IMG/VR virus record: IMGVR_UViG_3300047172_000052
Coordinates: 13,854-77,853 of that record
DNA: 64,000 nucleotides
Source of the DNA: a virus
Strand: one strand, 5' to 3'
Below the pieces are notes generated by a model. That model did not search any database and had not been told where the DNA came from. It was given only the letters and a program-made list of their open reading frames with translations. Below are positions 58,929-64,000 of this stretch, in pieces. Position numbers and translations under genes: made by a program. How positions within the stretch are numbered: the first letter of the stretch is position 1; the number at the start of each line of letters is the position of its first letter.

Positions 58929-59384
58929 TTACGGGCTATGCGTGACCTGGAAGATGCCACTGCCGCTGATCGTGATGGTATAGGTGCCACCAGCGCCCGT
59001 GATGGTGCCGCCGCCCGTCAGATCGCTGTAGCAGAGCAGCAAGTCCCCCGAAGCGATCGAGCCGCCCGCACGGCGGCAGATGACGGCATAGCGGAACGGT
59101 CCTGCCGAGAAGCTGGACCAGGACGGTGACGTCGCGGTGAAGGTGACGGTGCCACCGGATGCCGTCACGGTCTCGGACGCAAGGGCCACGCCACCGACTG
59201 TGTAGCCGGAGGCGGTCGCCAGTTCATTAGCCGAGACGTCTGAATACAGATGATCGGCGTTGGGCACAAGCGTGTAGCCGCTGCCAACAAGCAGCATGAC
59301 GAACGTGTCACTCGACAGGTTCATGGAGCCGTTCATGATCGATTGAACGGCCTTCGTATACATCGTGAAAGCGCCTGCGGACAT
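58929..59384 (-). CDS. Virion structural/tail protein
   Basis: L.SDTF...L....Y......SDV.ANE.....GYT.GG..L pattern typical of tail modules. Confidence 0.75.
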   Translation of the reverse strand: MSAGAFTMYTKAVQSIMNGSMNLSSDTFVMLLVGSGYTLVPNADHLYSDVSANELATASGYTVGGVALASETVTASGGTVTFTATSPSWSSFSAGPFRYAVICRRAGGSIASGDLLLCYSDLTGGGTITGAGGTYTITISGSGIFQVTHSP

Positions 59385-59396
59385 GGTGAGACTCCT

Positions 59397-60809
59397 TTAT
59401 GACCAAGTCGTGTTGAGACTGAGCACGGCGCCTGTCGGGGAGCCGCTAGCGGAAGAGATGACGCCGACAATGGTGTCGCCAGCGTTGAAGGTGTTGGCAC
59501 CTGTGGCTGCCATATTGGTCGGCGTCGATGTCACGGCGACCGCCGAGATGCCAGTGACGCCTGTCCCGTTGATCTCAACGTCGACCGTGAACGATCCGGT
59601 TCCCGTCAAAGCGTCGATCGACTCAATCGTCCCGGCATACGGCGCCCTGTAGGCGAACCAGAAGGTTCCGTTCTGCACGATGGTGCCAAAGACGAACTGC
59701 GCCAGCAGGACGCCCATGTTCCTGGGCTTTGCCCCTGACAGGACGTTCGTGCCATCACAGTAGACTTCCATCGCCTCGCCTTGGGGGATCGCCACGCCGG
59801 TCCCTGAGGCCGTCCCGAAGGTCACCGTGAAGGCACCTGTCGTGTTGTTTGCTACGGTCCACTTCTTGCTCGTGGCGGGAACGAAGACCGAGATGTTTGC
59901 GGTGATCGCACCCGTCAGGTTGATGATCGGACGTGCAGCCTGGACGGCGGTCAGCGTCACGCTGCTGCCACCTGCCACGCTGACCGAAAGGTATCCGCCC
60001 GTCAGGCCCTGGACGAAGTTGTCCGTCGCTACCGCCGCCGAACTGTCGTTGAGAGCCTGCGTCGTCGCCGTCGCCATCGGGTTGGTCTGGCGCACGTTGG
60101 TGCCGTCACAGTAGACACCCATGGTGCTCGACTGTGGGATCGAGACGCCCGTCCCCGACGTTGTCTTGAACGTCACCGTGTAGGCACCTGTCGTGTTGTT
60201 GACCACCACCCAGGTCTTGGTCGTGGTGGGCACCGTAACCGAGATGTTCGCCGTCAAGGCGCCCGTCAGGACGATGATTGCATTCGCGGCTTGGACAGCG
60301 GTCAGCGCGACTGTGCTGCCGCCGGCTACCGAGACCGACGTCAGGCCACCCACGAGCCCCCAGACGAACTGGTCAGTCGCGATCAGATTCGATGCGTCAC
60401 TCAGCGCCTGGGTTGTCGCGGTTGTCGCTGTGGCGGAAACCGTGATCGTGTAGCAATTCGTGCCGTCGCAGTAGACCAAGGCCATCGTGCCTACCGCAAC
60501 GGACACATTCGCACCGGTCGCACCTCCGACCGTGATCGTTCCACCGCTGCTGTTCAGGTTGTTCACGCAGAACAATCGCTGCGTCAGTGGAACCGTCAGA
60601 GTCACTGCCGATGACGCCCCAGAACACTCGAAACAGACGCCGCTCGCATACTGCGTGGGCGTCAGCGTCACGCTTCCTGCACTCATGGATATGGCAGTGA
60701 ACGCGTTGCCAGCCGACTCCAACGCCAGAACGGCGTCGTTGATCGTCACCTCCTTCTGGTTCTGGGTGGCGGCGACCTGCTGTATACCGAGGAGAGGTGT
60801 GGTCGACAT
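59397..60809 (-). CDS. Tail fibre-like protein with DUF2793-like N-terminus and three internal repeats
   Basis: MSTTPLLG......Q.QKEVT.NDA...L start; repeats ending YCDGTN occur three times. Confidence 0.8.
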   Translation of the reverse strand: MSTTPLLGIQQVAATQNQKEVTINDAVLALESAGNAFTAISMSAGSVTLTPTQYASGVCFECSGASSAVTLTVPLTQRLFCVNNLNSSGGTITVGGATGANVSVAVGTMALVYCDGTNCYTITVSATATTATTQALSDASNLIATDQFVWGLVGGLTSVSVAGGSTVALTAVQAANAIIVLTGALTANISVTVPTTTKTWVVVNNTTGAYTVTFKTTSGTGVSIPQSSTMGVYCDGTNVRQTNPMATATTQALNDSSAAVATDNFVQGLTGGYLSVSVAGGSSVTLTAVQAARPIINLTGAITANISVFVPATSKKWTVANNTTGAFTVTFGTASGTGVAIPQGEAMEVYCDGTNVLSGAKPRNMGVLLAQFVFGTIVQNGTFWFAYRAPYAGTIESIDALTGTGSFTVDVEINGTGVTGISAVAVTSTPTNMAATGANTFNAGDTIVGVISSASGSPTGAVLSLNTTWS

Positions 60810-60868
60810 GCTTACCTGCTATCACCCGTTCTGACGAGATGTAAAGGAAACTGACGCTGTGGCTCAAG

Positions 60869-63800
60869 CTAAGCGGGCAGCAAATCTGCCGCCCCCGGCC
60901 ATCCGTGTCCGATGGCTGCGGAGTTCTGGAATACGACGACGTGAAGGGTTCCGCTGGAGGGTGTGAAGCTGTCCGCCGTCATCTCTGCCGCCGTGTAGGT
61001 GAAGGTTGGGCTGGTCAGCCCTGAGAAGACGCGCACGAAACTTCCGGGCGTCTTCCAGTTTGCGGTCTGCGCGTTGTAAGGCGCCGAGAGGACATAGGCG
61101 TCGTAGTTCTCTGTCTCCTCGCCAAGCGGCACCGTCCCTATGTCCTCCATCAGCCCTCCACCCAGCCGCGTCTGACGGCTCCAGGACACAACAAGGTCAG
61201 AGCCGCTTGGCGCACGGGAAAAGTTGACCGGCATGTAGGGCATCAGATCGGCACCCGTGAAGGTGAACGAGATTGGTGCGACAGAGTCGGGATAGGCCCC
61301 GGTCGGCACTAGCTTGAACAGCTTCGCACTATTCAGCGATGTCAATGGTATAGCGTTGATGTAGACGTTCTTGTCGAGAACTATCATCGCCTCACCGACG
61401 ACGTGTGTGCCACACGCCCATTCCGTCCCGCGCCGACCACGTAGCAGCCCGAATAACGTGCGGCTGCCGTCGCTGTTCACCACGACGTTCTCGTATTGGA
61501 TGATCTCGTTGCCTACCAAGAGAGGGTTGGCGCCGTTCATAAGGTTCAGATACGAGGTGGATTCCAGCGGATCATCCGCCTGCGATGCCATCGTCACGGT
61601 CAAGGTGCTAACGTTGTCAGTCGAATAGGGGTCGTTGGTGTTGGGCAGTGCTGTGATGCATGTGCCCCAAGTCACCGTCTTCTGTAGCGAGTCGAAGGCA
61701 TTGTAGTTCTGCCCATCGGACGACATGAGGAGGTTCCCACCACCAAAGCCGGCGGAATTGTAGGAGCCGACAGCGTAATAGATCGTGGACGCTTTGCCTC
61801 CCTGGTCATCCTTGTCCTGGAGCAATGGCAGGTTGAACAGGAACAGCCTCCCGTAACCACTTGGCTTCGGAGCTTGGACAGACCCGGCGGTCGTGGTCGG
61901 CGGCAGGAACGGAGCGAAGGATGACCCAGCAGCCGTCGACTGGCTTGGGCCGGTATGCGGATAGCTTCCTGCCGTCAGGCCAGCAGTCGTCGTGGAGGCC
62001 GGCGCAGCATAAGTTGACGCTGGTGTATTCGCTGCCACCACTGCGAGCGCCGCCGTTATAGCCGGCGAGGCTGTCGCGACTTGTGAGGGACTTGGGCCCA
62101 AGCTGACATAGCCGCCATCGTTTGGCGGAAGCGGCGTGCTCTCCGAGTAGACGTAGAAATTGTTGGCGTCCATCTCAAGTTCCATCGTGTAGTCGGCGCC
62201 GATGTTGATGGTCGTGATCACTACCGATCGATAATCGCCATTGTCGAAGAACACCCCGATATTGTCGGTGGGATCGAGATAGAGGTATTTCCACCCGAAC
62301 TTGACAGCGTAACTCGAACTGCGCGCCCAAAGGGTATAGAGCCACGTCTGAGCGATGACTGTGGCATCGCTCAGCGAGAAGCCCATCGGCAGATCGATGA
62401 TCTGCTTCTGCTTCGTTTTGACGGTCGGGACAGGCGCGTTGATCCGCTTGGCGGTCGCGATGTTCGGAAGGTAGTAGTTGTCGCTGTCGGTGAACTTCAC
62501 CTGGAATGTCGTGGGAATGTCCTGTTGACTTGCGCGTGTCTGCTCCCAGTAGTTGCCCTCGCCCTTCTTGGTGCCGGGAGACATATCTCCCTGCGAGATG
62601 TTGACGACATCGGCTTGGCTTCTTGGGATGAACTTCAGCTTGTAGTCGGACTCGACACAGTCGAACGGGAACGCCTGCGTAAGCTGTTTGATAGCGTCGC
62701 GCCCGTTGACGTTCCTGGTGATGATGAAACCGTTGACTGTCCAGCCTAGCTGCGACACGTCAATCTGCTCCGTCGTGAGTGTGCAGCGTTCGCAGATGTC
62801 GGTGATGATCTGTGCCAAGGAGATGGGACCGAAGACCTTACCTCCGAGGAAAAGGGTCCACATATAGCCTACGTCAGAACTGCTGGAGCCGCCTGTCTGA
62901 AAATACACCGACTGGGTGTGACTATTGTAGAACTGCCAGACAGGCGAAAGACCATCCAAAGACGTATAGTTCTGAACCGAGTAACTACCATCGGACGTGT
63001 TGATGATGTTGGCGGAAGCACTGCCACCTTGGATGCTTATGTAGCCAAGCTGCCCTTGCGAGATGTCGCAATAAGGACTCAGCGCCTGAGCTAGGACACC
63101 GTTGTCGGAGGCGTTGTAGATGATGGTGTTGGGCACCTTCCAGAGAACGCCGCTGGACGGAGACCACTTCATCACAACGCCTGACGAGGACCCGTTACTC
63201 GCGTAGAGGATGAGGTTTCCATCGGTCGGATCGAAGAGGATACCGCCGAAGATGAAGTATCCCATACCCGAATCGAAATCGGACGTAGAAAGAGTTCCGA
63301 TCAGACTGCCATACAGGCCGTAACTGGAGCCGCTGGGATCGGCGTGTGCGCCAGCGTAGACCTTATACTGATAGACCGTCATCGTCGACGATCCCTCGGT
63401 ATAGTTCAGCAGATAACAGTCAGTCTCACCATAGTTTTGCGCCCCTACGCATCCCATGGTCGACGTTGAATCGCCAAGATTCGAAATGGTCGAAGAGTCA
63501 CGAGGTAGAGCGATCGAGCCGTCACCTGGGATCAACACGACGCCGAGTTTGTTGATGGACAGGACGTATTCGTAATTCCCCCCAGCACCATGGCAGGGAA
63601 CCCCCAGAAGCATATTAGGAAAGTCACCGCCTTCCGGTTCCGATTCGACTACTGCGCTTCCAGTAACGGTCAATGAGTCCGGATTGATGCGGAATAGTAT
63701 GACACCTGGGCTCACGCCTCCGGAAGCGCCCGCCAAGACATACAAGTTCCCACCAGGGATGCAGGTGACCCAGAAATCTAGGAAAGGAATGTCATAGTCA

Positions 63801-64000
63801 CTGAACACGGGCAGCGTGGTCAGATTGGTCTGAGACAGTTCCGTGCCTGAAGAGATCGAGTAGACATGCAAAACATAGTCGTTGTTGCCATCTACACCTT
63901 CAAGGCCAGCGTCGTAAGCAGAACCAAGCATGTAGGTCTGCCCGCGCACAAGATCGACTGCGTAATTGTTAAAGCCATGGCTGTCATCTATTGCTACTGC
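60869..64000 (-). CDS. GTA-like host-specificity/central tail protein (5-prime end off window)
   Basis: L..II.D.C...G...GRDAI..L..AF.FD..ESD..LKF..R, LDPTD, GAN.L.VG.EIIQ..N...LLRGRRGTE; frame open to 64000. Confidence 0.85.
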   Translation of the reverse strand, partial: AVAIDDSHGFNNYAVDLVRGQTYMLGSAYDAGLEGVDGNNDYVLHVYSISSGTELSQTNLTTLPVFSDYDIPFLDFWVTCIPGGNLYVLAGASGGVSPGVILFRINPDSLTVTGSAVVESEPEGGDFPNMLLGVPCHGAGGNYEYVLSINKLGVVLIPGDGSIALPRDSSTISNLGDSTSTMGCVGAQNYGETDCYLLNYTEGSSTMTVYQYKVYAGAHADPSGSSYGLYGSLIGTLSTSDFDSGMGYFIFGGILFDPTDGNLILYASNGSSSGVVMKWSPSSGVLWKVPNTIIYNASDNGVLAQALSPYCDISQGQLGYISIQGGSASANIINTSDGSYSVQNYTSLDGLSPVWQFYNSHTQSVYFQTGGSSSSDVGYMWTLFLGGKVFGPISLAQIITDICERCTLTTEQIDVSQLGWTVNGFIITRNVNGRDAIKQLTQAFPFDCVESDYKLKFIPRSQADVVNISQGDMSPGTKKGEGNYWEQTRASQQDIPTTFQVKFTDSDNYYLPNIATAKRINAPVPTVKTKQKQIIDLPMGFSLSDATVIAQTWLYTLWARSSSYAVKFGWKYLYLDPTDNIGVFFDNGDYRSVVITTINIGADYTMELEMDANNFYVYSESTPLPPNDGGYVSLGPSPSQVATASPAITAALAVVAANTPASTYAAPASTTTAGLTAGSYPHTGPSQSTAAGSSFAPFLPPTTTAGSVQAPKPSGYGRLFLFNLPLLQDKDDQGGKASTIYYAVGSYNSAGFGGGNLLMSSDGQNYNAFDSLQKTVTWGTCITALPNTNDPYSTDNVSTLTVTMASQADDPLESTSYLNLMNGANPLLVGNEIIQYENVVVNSDGSRTLFGLLRGRRGTEWACGTHVVGEAMIVLDKNVYINAIPLTSLNSAKLFKLVPTGAYPDSVAPISFTFTGADLMPYMPVNFSRAPSGSDLVVSWSRQTRLGGGLMEDIGTVPLGEETENYDAYVLSAPYNAQTANWKTPGSFVRVFSGLTSPTFTYTAAEMTADSFTPSSGTLHVVVFQNSAAIGHGWPGAADLLPA

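Noticed and set aside
56846-64000. Diversity-generating retroelement or tail shufflon
   Set aside because: No reverse transcriptase, no TR/VR pair, and no inverted alternative tail cassettes; the repeats are in-frame protein repeats.

Overview
A 64 kb slice of a large, GC-rich, temperate tailed-phage genome, most likely infecting an alphaproteobacterium. The gene set (GTA-like tail proteins, rIIA/rIIB, T5 A1-like protein, T7-type PolA) recalls phiCbK-like phages. No host genes are visible and the attP is intact. From left to right: terminase and RuvC genes (minus strand, TerL runs off the window); a 0.7 kb iteron/inverted-repeat/IHF-rich non-coding region (origin or packaging site); about 15 kb of tiny early genes split by repeated promoter units, each carrying a 15-bp palindrome; a primase-helicase; an RNA-repair operon (phosphatase, Rnl1, kinase) behind a catalytic-domain-only tyrosine recombinase and a covarying tandem structured RNA; rIIA/rIIB followed by two CCA-ended tRNA-like RNAs; a replication and nucleotide-metabolism block (SNF2 helicase, HD hydrolase, methyltransferase, A1-like nuclease, HNH, PolA, exonucleases, SSB, SF1 helicase, dNMP kinase, ThyX, class II RNR with an HNH intein, glutaredoxins, dUTPase); a lysogeny module (cI-like, xis, attP in tRNA-Thr(CGT), integrase); and tail genes (minus strand, running off the window). 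The best candidates for new biology are the structured RNA in front of the minimal recombinase (25518-25831), the two aberrant tRNA-like RNAs (31841-32063) and the operator-promoter array. Several single-base frameshifts and two in-frame TGAs may be assembly errors. All calls come from reading the sequence by eye; no searches were run.
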